A stretch of DNA of 61,209 nucleotides, the filler included, from Nemertoderma westbladi (taxonomy: Eukaryota; Animalia; Xenacoelomorpha): NCBI GenBank assembly GCA_032718475.1. It is 3 parts of 3 records of this genome, joined end to end, with 100 filler letters (N's around TTAATTAATTAA, not from the genome) between each part and the next. Parts side by side here need not be neighbours in the genome. Positions count along the whole stretch, not along the records: positions 1 to 16,472 come from JAUCBJ010007916.1; positions 16,573 to 43,685 come from JAUCBJ010005884.1; 1 more part is not named here. One strand, 5' to 3'. The notes beneath the pieces are model-generated. The model did no database searches, was not told where the DNA came from, and saw nothing but the letters and a program-made list of their open reading frames with translations. Made by a program: the position numbers and the translations under genes. Positions 12,055 to 22,954 of this stretch are shown here, piece after piece (the first letter of the stretch is position 1; every line of letters begins with the position of its first letter).

Positions 12055-13034
12055 TTAAGGGACAGATATAGCCACGATTTCTCTACATACGTATAAGTAA
12101 ACTCAAAAATTGAAATATTTGTTTTTTAAGACACTTTATGTTTTTTATAAATGAAATCAATATACATGATATGATGGTTGTTCTACAATGTATAATATAA
12201 TAATATATAAAGTACTTTATGGGATAAAATAAAGTACATTGTAGGATGATACGTGCCACTCTTCGCTCGCTTCGAGTTGTTTTCCTATTTTACAACAGAA
12301 ATTGACTTTGATAAGAAAGGAAAACACACAGGAAATCTAATCGATGTATGCGGTTGTATCTTAATGCACACCGATCAATGTTGAGTGTTAAATTTATCTA
12401 CCAACCCAGAATGTCGGGCTGCAATGTGACCTCCATGCCTCCGACCACCCCATGGTGCATCAAACAAACTTATACAGAGTTACAGTTTGCTGATTAACTT
12501 GCGCCAGCAGCGGTGACTCAATTAATGCTCAAGTTTTGGAATGTTGACGAACGATACAGGTCCTGGACACTAAGTTCAACATGGCATCACAGAATACAGA
12601 TGATTACAACTTCCATTAATCCCAGGGTTATTCCGCACTAATTCCATGGGAATGCATCGCCTTGATATTATTATACAGTCAATTCTGCTAACGAAAAAAT
12701 ATTATTTAACCGTAGCAACACAATGGTGTGACATGTGTACGTATACAGTGTGCACAAAGTTGCTTAACTACTATCACTAATTGAGTTTATGACACACCCA
12801 TTCCTGCAGCCCCATTAATTAATAACTAACCATCTAATTTTCCGTTAGGCATTAAAAATGGTTTTTACAGGTTGTAAGCACCACAAGAATTCAAGAATTG
12901 ACACTTGGGCATCTCCTTTTGGATAACATGTGTGGATTTGCTAGTATATTAGTAAATGCTACACCAATTAGTATCAGTCCAGTGTCACTGTCAGTGACTA
13001 GTAGTAGAAAGCTTTCAATGCGAGGCATTTGAAA

Positions 13035-13262
13035 ACCCAAGCGTTAGTCATGATTAGTCATGATTGTAGTGACCCAAGCGTTAGTCATGATTGTAGTGAC
13101 CCAAGCGTTAGTCATGATTGTAGTGACCCAAGCGTTAGTCATGATTGTAGTGACCCAAGCGTTAGTCATGATTGTAGTGACCCAAGCGTTAGTCATGATT
13201 GTAGTGACCCAAGCGTTAGTCATGATTGTAGTGACCCAAGCGTTAGTCATGATTGTAGTGAT
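13035..13262. repeat. 27-bp minisatellite, ~8 copies
   Basis: Unit gacccaagcgttagtcatgattgtagt. Confidence 0.95.
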
Positions 13263-13515
13263 CTATTGATGCTATTTTAATATTGTTTTTTTCGTGATGC
13301 ATTCATTTTTTTGATTTGATGTTAAAAAAATATATTTATCTGTAGATAAACTTACCACCAAACACAGCATATTTTTATTAAAGTATGTAAATAAAGTATT
13401 ATTACTAAGTAAAGTATTATAAAGTATTATTACTAAGTAAAGTATTGTAAAGTATTATTATTAGTATAAAGTATATTAAAGTATTGAATGTTAGTATATG
13501 TTATCTACATGTTAT

Positions 13516-13660
13516 GGTACAAGTGCCGTGGACGACCGGCCATAACATATATAGATCAACTTGAAAGGGATACTGAACTTGGGAGAAACGAAATTGCGAC
13601 AACTATGGAGAATCGGATCTCATGTCCACTGTCCGAGTTCGCTCGACCTAGTAGTAGTAT
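13516..13660 (+). mobile_element. Short 3' end of an RTE-clade LINE with (TAG)n tail
   Basis: Encodes RGRPAITYIDQLERDTEL...MENR, resembling an RTE ORF C-terminus, then cctagtagtagta. Confidence 0.7.
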
Positions 13661-13680
13661 GTTAGTACGGTATATTGGAG

Positions 13681-15210
13681 GTATATGCGCCCAACGAGTA
13701 TATGCGCCCAACGAGTATATGCGCCCAACGAGTATATGAGTCCAACGAGTATATGTGCACAAAGAGTATATGCGCCCAACGAGTATATGCGCCCAACGAG
13801 TATATGAGTCCAACGAGTATATGCGCCCAACGAGTATATGCGCCCAACGAGTATATGCGCCCAACGAGTATATGCGCCCAACGAGTATATGCGCCCAACG
13901 AGTATATGAGTCCAACGAGTATATGCGCCCAACGAGTATATGCGCCCAACGAGTATATGCGCCCAACGAGTATATGCGCCCAACGAGTATATGCGCCCAA
14001 CGAGTATATGCGCCCAACGAGTATATGCGCCCAACGAGTATATGAGTCCAACGAGTATATGAGTCCAACGAGTATATGCGCCCAACGAGTATATTCGCCC
14101 AACGAGTATATGCGCCCAACGAGTATATGAGTCCAACGAGTATATGCGCCCAACGAGTATATGCGCCCAACGAATATATGAGTCCAACGAGTATATGCAC
14201 CCAACGAGTATATGCGCCCAACGAGTATATCAGTCCAACGAGTATATGCGCCCAACGAGTATATGCGCCCAACGAGTATATGAGTCCAACGAGTATATGC
14301 GCCCAACGAGTATATGCGCCCAACGAGTATATGCGCCCAACGAGTATATGCGCCCAACGAGTATATGCGCCCAACGAGTATATGAGTCCAACGAGTATAT
14401 GCGCCCAACGAGTATATGCGCCCAACGAGTATATGCGCCCAACGAGTATATGCGCCCAACGAGTATATGCGCCCAACGAGTATATGCGCCCAACGAGTAT
14501 ATGCGCCCAACGAGTATATGAGTCCAACGAGTATATGAGTCCAACGAGTATATGCGCCCAACGAGTATATTCGCCCAACGAGTATATGCGCCCAACGAGT
14601 ATATGAGTCCAACGAGTATATGCGCCCAACGAGTATATGCGCCCAACGAGTATATGCGCCCAACGAGTATATGCGCCCAACGAGTATATGCGCCCAACGA
14701 GTATATGCGCCCAACGAGTATATGAGTCCAACGAGTATATGCGCCCAACGAGTATATGCGCCCAACGAGTATATGCGCCCAACGAGTATATGAGTCCAAC
14801 GAGTATATGCGCCCAACGAGTATATGCGCCCAACGAATATATGAGTCCAACGAGTATATGCGCCCAACGAGTATATGCGCCCAACGAGTATATCAGTCCA
14901 ACGAGTATATGCGCCCAACGAGTATATGCGCCCAACGAGTATATGCGCCCAACGAGTATATGCGCCCAACGAGTATATGTGCACAAAGAGTATATGCGCC
15001 CAACGAGTATATGCGCCCAACGAGTATATGAGTCCAACGAGTATATGAGTCCAACGAGTATATGCGCCCAACGAGTATATGCGCCCAACGAGTATATGCG
15101 CCCAACGAGTATATGCCCCCAACGAGTATATGCGCCCAACGAGTATATGCGCCCAACGAGTATATCGCCAACGAGTATATGCGCCCAACGAGTATATGCG
15201 CCCAACGAGT
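13681..15210. repeat. 17-bp minisatellite, ~90 copies
   Basis: Unit gtatatgcgcccaacga with variant gtatatgagtccaacga; explains all overlapping ORFs here. Confidence 0.97.
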
Positions 15211-15383
15211 AGGTACGCAGGTACAATGCAGGCGCAACGTATAATGTCGTTAATAGTTGTCGTTTAGAACACGACGGTCCAATTATAAGCTATTATTGGG
15301 TCGTCATGAACGAACTTATATTATTTTAATAAATAGCTACAGTATTACTGTGCAATAATTGTATAATTATTTATTTTTTTTAG

Positions 15384-15487
15384 GAAGTTACACAATATGA
15401 CAAATTTCTTCCTATTATCGTTGGCGTTTGCTGATCTTGTGGTATCGATACTGGTTATGCCTCTAGCATTAGTTGTAGCCATATTAG
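15384..15487 (+). CDS. Internal exon of a class A aminergic GPCR (ICL1-TM2), most like 5-HT2 serotonin receptors
   Basis: ttttttttag| ... |gtaagt boundaries; encodes KLHNMTNFFLLSLAFADLVVSILVMPLALVVAIL with the TM2 LAxAD...VMP motif. Not in the ORF track. Confidence 0.85.
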
Positions 15488-15589
15488 GTAAGTGCACAGC
15501 CAATAGGAATCATTTATCGACCTACTATAAATAATCATTTTAAATATTAACAGGAAAATAGCAAACATATTTAGTTTCCAATAAATATG

Positions 15590-16299
15590 TAGATTAATAA
15601 TCGCCAAGTCAAGGCTGCTGCAAAGAGCATTAAGACAAATCGCTCAATCGGACCAGCAGTAGAGTAGATGGTGTCCCCCTTGCGGTCCTTAAAATAACAG
15701 AGTGTTTGGGGCTCATAGTAGTAGAGACATGTACCGAACAACAAGAGTCCCACAAGAAATGAAAACAAATAAGTTGGTGCCAGTTCCCAAGAAGGGCAAC
15801 CTAACACTCTATGGTTCTTTTCGGGGAATCTCATTGATCTCGATTGCTGCAAAGCTATACAATAGAATTCTATTAAATCGAATCAGGGATCCCATTGAGA
15901 GACTGCTCCGTGGAAATCAGAATGGGTTCCGTAAAGGTCGTGGGACCATGGAGCCCTTTTTGGCACTTAGAAGGATAATTGAAGAATTATCAAAAAAGAA
16001 AGACAGGCATCTGGCTGTTATCTTTGTTGACTTCTTCAAGGCCTTTGATTCAGTCTCTCGCTCACGTATGTTCAGCATACTTTCATTATATGGGATTCCT
16101 GATGAAATTATTGCAGCAATCAGATCAGTATACGATGGTTCGACAACATTTATGTCTACTGTTGACGGTGACACAGAACCATTTGAAGTGTTATGGGGCG
16201 TCCTCCAGGGAGACACACTTGCACCATTCTTGTTCATAATTGTTGTTGACTATGTTCTACGCAAGTCCTTAGATCATCATAATGATGATGGGGTGATGA
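15590..16299 (+). pseudogene. RTE-clade LINE reverse-transcriptase fragment
   Basis: ORF 15702-16310: VPVPKKGNL..FRGISL..NQNGFRKGRGT..FVDFFKAFDSV..GVLQGDTLAPFLF; stops before the YADD-equivalent motif. Confidence 0.9.
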
Positions 16300-16472
16300 T
16301 AAAAAAATAAAATGTATTTTATTTTGTATTTTGGGGCCACAATTTTTTTCATTATCGGGCCGAAACATAACTTGCACTCAAAATTTCAAAATTATGTCTG
16401 CAAATTTTATTGGTCTATATGTGAAGACTGTCACAGAAAATTTCAAACGAATTGATTAAAATATGACGGAGT

Positions 16473-16572
16473 NNNNNNNNNNNNNNNNNNNNNNNNNNNN
16501 NNNNNNNNNNNNNNNNTTAATTAATTAANNNNNNNNNNNNNNNNNNNNNNNNNNNNNNNNNNNNNNNNNNNN
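16473..16572. other. Artificial contig linker (N44-TTAATTAATTAA-N44)
   Basis: Exactly 100 bp with a six-frame stop linker in the centre. Confidence 0.97.
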
Positions 16573-16672
16573 GGCTGACCGTAATTTATCTAACCATAAT
16601 CACCTACTGATAATAGGCCTAGTTATATAGTTCAGTGGATTGTCGACGTTCACTTGTAGTTTTTTATTTCAG

Positions 16673-16708
16673 TATTTGGTTAAGAAAAAGTCCTCCACTG
16701 GCAGACTG
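16673..16708 (+). other. Possible 36-bp upstream exon of the large gene
   Basis: tttttatttcag| ... ctg|gtaagt consensus sites only. Confidence 0.3.
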
Positions 16709-17209
16709 GTAAGTGTAACCTGCCATTTCTATTAGGCCTACCTAATTAATTTTTTTCTTTACATTAAATTACATGAACCTGGTGCGTGGCAACTGGTAGG
16801 TCCTATGCATGCCTGCCTTACCCAGCTACTTGTGACCAGTAGGCCTACGTAGTACGTACCAGTAGATACCTATATTCTGACATTTAAATTAACAAAATGC
16901 ACAGCGACCCCCAACCGCTGTTTTTTACATTTTCTTTTTTTTTGGGTAATTTTCTGTTATAGCTGTACAGTATAGGGCCTAATAATTCTACGACCTAGAC
17001 TATTTCGTTGGCAGGTTGGATCCTCTAATTGTTAACCATAATAAAACAGTAAAACTACATGACTGCATGAACCCAGTCGCTACCGAACCGGTCCGGTATT
17101 CATTTTAATTGTTATATCCCTAGTACTGTAGTATATCAGTATATGCTATATACCGCTGTACCGTCAGGCCGTAGTTCAGTTTTACTTACCTGCTTACTGC
17201 ATATATATA

Positions 17210-20200
17210 ATGATGGCATTTCACCAAGAATATGTTGTTTCACAAAGTGATATTACCAACGATGTCTTAGATGCTTTGCAACAGCCATCAACTTCTAACT
17301 ACTCCAGTGTTGATGTGGACACTAGCCTGCCACTACATCTTGGGGTTCTGGAAGATCCTGTGCCATTATCAACTAGTTCGGTCATGTCAGTGGTTATGAA
17401 TAGTGGAGCTTTAACTGTATCATCATTAGGTACAAATAGTCATAGTCATTCATTGACTACTGGTACTTTAGTCAGTCAACCCGAAGTAAACATACCACCT
17501 CCTCCACCTCTTACCTATTATCCGCCCTCACAGCAAACTAGCTCTGAATCATTCTCAACCTTAATGCCATCTCATCTTACAACTACACCTGAATCCGGTG
17601 CCGTTTTGATACAACCTACTACTTTAGACGGAATAAACCCCCAGCTGACAGCCCTGCCACATACTGGCATTGGACCGGCCTACACTACATTGAGACTTTC
17701 AGGAGAACTAGGAACAGCCTATCATCCTGTTTCCCAAGGTCAATTTATTGACTTATCCTCTTTGAATCAAGTCGTTACACCAGGGCAACAATTTATTGCG
17801 CAAGTTGATCCTCAAGCAAGTAACAACGCGTCTTTAAATATCACAGAACTACTTCAGAATCTCATTCACAGGGGATTTGGGTTGTCTCCTCCAGGTAATG
17901 GATCACAACAAGGACCATTCGTTGCTGTTCACACAAGCGTGACTGATGGATCTATTATCGGTACCTCCTTACTCCCGACCCCAACTCAGAGTGGGGGTGC
18001 ATCCTGGTGTGTCGGGGATTCCAATTCCCATGGCAATGTACCGGTATACATGTTACCTCCAGATTCTATGAGGCAAATTGTTCATGATGACATTTTGGAT
18101 GATGCTTCTGCACAGTTGGCTCTCGGCAGCTACACTAATGTACCTGGATTACAACCGGTACTGCATAACATAGCCAGTCAGCCACTTGTCTCTGTGGTTA
18201 CTGATGGTTTTCCTTCAAACACAACATATAATAATAATACCTTGAATGTTTCATTAAATCAAGGTGATGCTTTTACATTAAATATGGAAGACAGTGCTCA
18301 AACTGGAAATTCAACTCCCGATTTAATAATGGACTCATTCGTAGATCCCCCTGAAATTGACATACCTCCCCGACCCAAAAGTCCACTCCGCCCTGCTCCA
18401 TCACGTTCTTTACCAAAGGAGCGAAAAAATCGTTTTTTTAAAACTCGTCACTCTGGTATTGACAACATCTCTCAGAACAATTCTGTCCCTGAGAAGAGAC
18501 CCAGATTGGCAGTAAAACGGACGCATTCCGTTTCCAAAGATGCCGGTAGTGTTCGCATTAATCCCGATAATTCGAAAGAGTCGTTTGTTACTTTGGTTCG
18601 CGGTCGGTTAATGATCCTAGAGAAGAATAGAGGCGACTTGGAACAGGATACAACTTATGTTGGTTTACCAGATGCCGTTCAAGATGTTCCTTCTGATGTC
18701 TTTGCAATAAACGGGACATCAATAGCTGAACATGAAGTTACTGACGATAAAGGGGACATCCATCGTGTAATGTTTGTTACAATGAATGATCAACATCCTC
18801 AGCCGGGTTCGAGCATTTTGCCGTCGCCGTCGCCATTGCAGTGTAGTGATACTGTCAACATTCAAGAAGATATTGAATGTGATTTAGAACTCCTTGAAAA
18901 AGGTTTTGTTTGTGAAGCTACTGTTGAAGAATATTCCGATCCTACTGTCAATCATTGCCATTCCCCTGTCGTCACAAATGGGGCTTTGGATTTGCGCCGG
19001 GACTTATCTGTGCTAACATCTGTAGCGCAAGATACTTCCAGATGTTGCATTCCAATGATCCAGCCTTCCGCCACAGTGTCTTTGGATCACGATTTCAGAG
19101 GACAAAGTAACTCAAAGCTTTGGCCTACCGGTACACCTGAATCTCCTAAGCATACCTGTTCATCTGAGTCTCCTAAGCCTACCGGTTCACCTGAGTCTCC
19201 TAAGCCTACCGGTTCACACGAGTCTCCTAAGCCTACCGGTTCACCTAAGTCTCCTAGGCCTACCGGTTCACCTGAGTCTCCTATGCCTACCGGTTCACCT
19301 AAGTCTCCTAGGCCTACCGGTTCACCTGAGTCTCCTAAGCCTACCGGTTCACCTAAGTCTCCTAGGCCTACCGGTTCCCCTAAGTCTCCTAGGCCTACCG
19401 GTTCACCCAAGTCTCCTAAGCCTACCGGTTCACCCGAGTCTCCTAAGCCTACCGGTTCACCTGATTCTCCTAAGCCTTCCGGTTCACCCGAGTCTCCTAA
19501 GCCTACCGGGTCACCTGAGTCTCCTAAGCCTACCGGTTCACCCGAGTCTCCTAAGCCTACCGGTTCTCCTAAGCCTACCGGTTCACCCGAGTCTCCTAAG
19601 CCTACCGGTTCACCTAAGTCTCCTAGGCCTACCGGTTCACCTGAGTCTCCTAAGCCTACCGGTTTACCCGAGTCTCCTAAGCATACCGGTTCACATGAGT
19701 CTCCTAAGCCTACCGGGTCACTCGAGTCTCCTAGTCCTACCGGTTCACCTAAGTCTCCTAGGCCTACCGGTTCCCCTAAGTCTCCTAGGCCTACCGGTTC
19801 ACCCAAGTCTCCTAAGCCTACCGGTTCACCCGAGTCTCCTAAGCCTACCGGTTCACCTGATTCTCCTAAGCCTTCCGGTTCACCCGAGTCTCCTAAGCCT
19901 ACCGGGTCACCTGAGTCTCCTAAGCCTACCGGTTCACCCGAGTCTCCTAAGCCTACCGGTTCTCCTAAGCCTACCGGTTCACCCGAGTCTCCTAAGCCTA
20001 CCGGTTCACCTAAGTCTCCTAGGCCTACCGGTTCACCTGAGTCTCCTAAGCCTACCGGTTTACCCGAGTCTCCTAAGCATACCGGTTCACATGAGTCTCC
20101 TACGCCTACCGGTTCACCTGTGTCTCCTAAGCCTACCGGTTTACCCGAGTCTCCTAAGCATACCGGTTCACATGAGTCTCCTAAGCCTACCGGGTCACTC

Positions 20201-22648
20201 GAGTCTCCTAGTCCTACCGGTTCACCTAAGTCTCCTAAGCCTACCGGTTCACCTGAGTCTCCTAAGCCTACCGGTTCACCCGAGTCTCCTAAGCCTACCG
20301 GTTCACCTAAGTCTCCTAGGCCTACCGGTTCACCTGAGTCTCCTAAGCCTACCGGTTTACCCGAGTCTCCTAAGCATACCGGTTCACATGAGTCTCCTAC
20401 GCCTACCGGTTCACCTGTGTCTCCTAAGCGTACCGGTTCACCCGAGTCTCCTAAGCATACCTGTTCACCTGAGTCTCCTAAGCGTACCGGTTCACCCGAG
20501 TCTCCTAAGCATACCGATTTACCTGAGTCTCCTAAGCTTACCGGTTTACCCGAGTCTCCTAAGCCTACCGGTTTACCCGAGTCTCCTAAGCCTACCGGTT
20601 TACCCGAGTCTCCTAAGCGTACCGGTTCACCTGAGTCTCCTAAGCCTACCGGTTCACCTAAGTCTCCTAAGCCTACCGGTTTACCCAAGTCTCCTAAGCC
20701 TACCGATTTACCCGAGTCTCCTAAGCCTACCGATTTACCCAAGTCTCCTAAGCCTACCGGTTCACCCGAGTCTCTTAAGCGTACCGGTTCACCCGAGTCT
20801 CCTAATCATACCGGTTCACGTGAATATCCTAAGCATACCGGTTCACTTGAGCATCCTAAACGTACCGGTTCAACTGAATCTCCTAAGCCTGACAGTTCAC
20901 CGGCATTTCCTAAGCATACCTGTTTACCTGATTCTCCTAAACATACCGGTTCATTTTTTGCAAAATCTTCCAAAGAAAGCGCTTCTCATTCACCTTATAG
21001 CCATAATACTGATACTTTACTTCAGAATCCTACCATTCCTTTTCAAGATGAAGATGTAACTTCGAATGTAAGTGATCAACAATGTTCTCCACAAACACAG
21101 CCAATGGAAGCTTCTACTGTTCTCGAGACTGATTTGGCAAATTATGTTAACTGTTCTTTACATCCAGAGTCGATATTGGTCTCTGTTACAAGAGCTAATC
21201 CTGTAAAAGGGCTCACTGAACGTGGCGATGTAGATGGTCAAAATATTAATCATTGTACCACTGCATTTAATGATATAAATTTTAAAACCAATAAATCTTG
21301 TGGCAGAGCTGTTTCGGAATGCGTTGGTTCTGTTTCTAATAAACCTTGTGACACTGCTGTTGATACCAATAAACCTTGTGACACTGCTGTTGATACCAAT
21401 AAACCTTGTGACACTGCTGTTGATACCATTAAACCTTGTGACACTGCTGTTCATGCCAATAAACCTTGTGACACTGTTGTTGATACAAATAGACCTTGTT
21501 TACGTAACAGTCAAACACATTGGGCTGTCCCCATGCCATCTGATGAGTCTAGTGATATCCCGATAAATGCAAAGAGACGCCCTGGTAGACCACGTAAGAA
21601 ACCCATACAGTCAGCCAAGCAGTTAAAATCAAAAGACAACAGAAACATTGGCAAAAATAGAATGCAAATATCAAATAAAGAAAAAGTTACTGCAATAATA
21701 AATCAACCCTCTTCCAGAACTACGCGTCGGAGTAAGGCACCTGCATATTATGGATATAACAATTTCTCAATTAACACATCAACAACTGCAAATTGTTGCT
21801 CACAAGGTGATCTAATTATTAACACCACATCAATAACAGCTGTTGTTGCTGCAGGTGATGGTTACAAGTCTACTATAACGGAAGAAACTCAACGTTGTGT
21901 GAAACCGAATAACAAACGCAAACATCAGGATCGTCGTCTAATTACAAATGTGCAGAAAAGCAACACTTCCGATACGAACGATAAGGATTCAGAGGTTAAA
22001 TGTAAAAGCAAAAAACAGAATGTTTTAACTAATAGTTCCCTTGTATCAGCGGGTCGAGTCAACACTACTACTACAACACCCTTGAATGTTCATAATTCCT
22101 TTGTGACAGTGTCACCTACATCTGTTCTAGGAATGCCTGTTACTAAAGGGCCACTACCAAATTCTACTGCAGGTAATCAGCCTACTTTGCAGAAAGAAAC
22201 AGCAGCATTGAATAAAACTGTAAATGATAGTTCTAAATCTAGAAATAGATGCCGCATTAAGGTGATACCAGGATTGGGAGGTAGTTTTACAGCGAATGAG
22301 TTGTTAATAAGAGTGAAGGAGAACGAATTTGGTTTCCAGGATAACGATACACTTAAGGTTGAAACCCCCGCTCCCAAAGATAAACATCCCCACAAACCCT
22401 CGTCCGTGTCCTGCCAGAGGCATCCAATCCCGTTGGAAGAACTCAGGGAGTGGATGCGGGCCACTAAACCACGGAGACCCTACGTTCGGAAAACCGCACT
22501 GGATAAACTAGAACGCAGGGAGCGGAAGCCTCGAGGTATACCGCGTCCACAGAGAATAAGTGCAGCTCAGTATTCGGGGGGCCATCACTCTATGGGAGCG
22601 CAGACACAAGGGAGACTGCATACTGATGCGCCGAAACAGTTAAATGAG
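17210..22648 (+). CDS. Giant first coding exon (~1813 aa, low-complexity/disordered, SP repeats, AT-hook) of a putative ESCO/Eco1-like chromatin protein
   Basis: 5.4-kb open frame; AT-hook KRRPGRPRKKP at ~21572-21604; phase-0 donor GAG|gtttgt at 22648/22649 just before the in-frame stop. Confidence 0.85.
19124..20951 (+). repeat. 27-bp coding repeat (PTGSPESPK), ~65 copies, with a 396-bp higher-order duplication
   Basis: Unit cctaccggttcacctgagtctcctaag; the rare variant ctgattctcc recurs at 19461 and 19857. Confidence 0.95.
21338..21500 (+). repeat. 30-bp coding repeat (NKPCDTAVDT) x5
   Basis: Unit aataaaccttgtgacactgctgttgatacc. Confidence 0.92.
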
Positions 22649-22954
22649 GTTTGTATACCAGTGTGAACGACTATATGTTTACATTGTTTATTTGAATCTG
22701 GTCCAAAGAGTCAAACTTGTGTAAAATGTCGCATCTCTCATGTCGCATAAAGTTTGTCGCTCACTCTCTGTCTGATGTTTTTATGGTGATAATTCACCAT
22801 AAATATTTCGAATTTGCTCGATGGCTGGAATTTTTTCCTACCAAAGAGTTATTCACTCTGCTGGATACTAAGTTGGCCCCAAAACCTAATTAAAAATAAC
22901 ATGTAAAGTCACAACCTACTTAAGTTGCTGTTTCCTCCCTAAGTGATGGATCTG

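Noticed and set aside
12871-13031. Possible upstream GPCR exon after ttttacag
   Set aside because: The frames read give no TM1-like GN motif and no compatible donor.
13029-15267. Many overlapping ORFs up to 556 aa
   Set aside because: Translations of the 27-bp and 17-bp arrays.
16517-16528. TTAATTAATTAA inside N runs (also 43730-43741)
   Set aside because: Synthetic six-frame stop linker; no biological adjacency should be inferred across it.
19087-21059. Antisense 551-aa and alternative-frame 454-aa ORFs
   Set aside because: Shadows of the 27-bp coding repeat.
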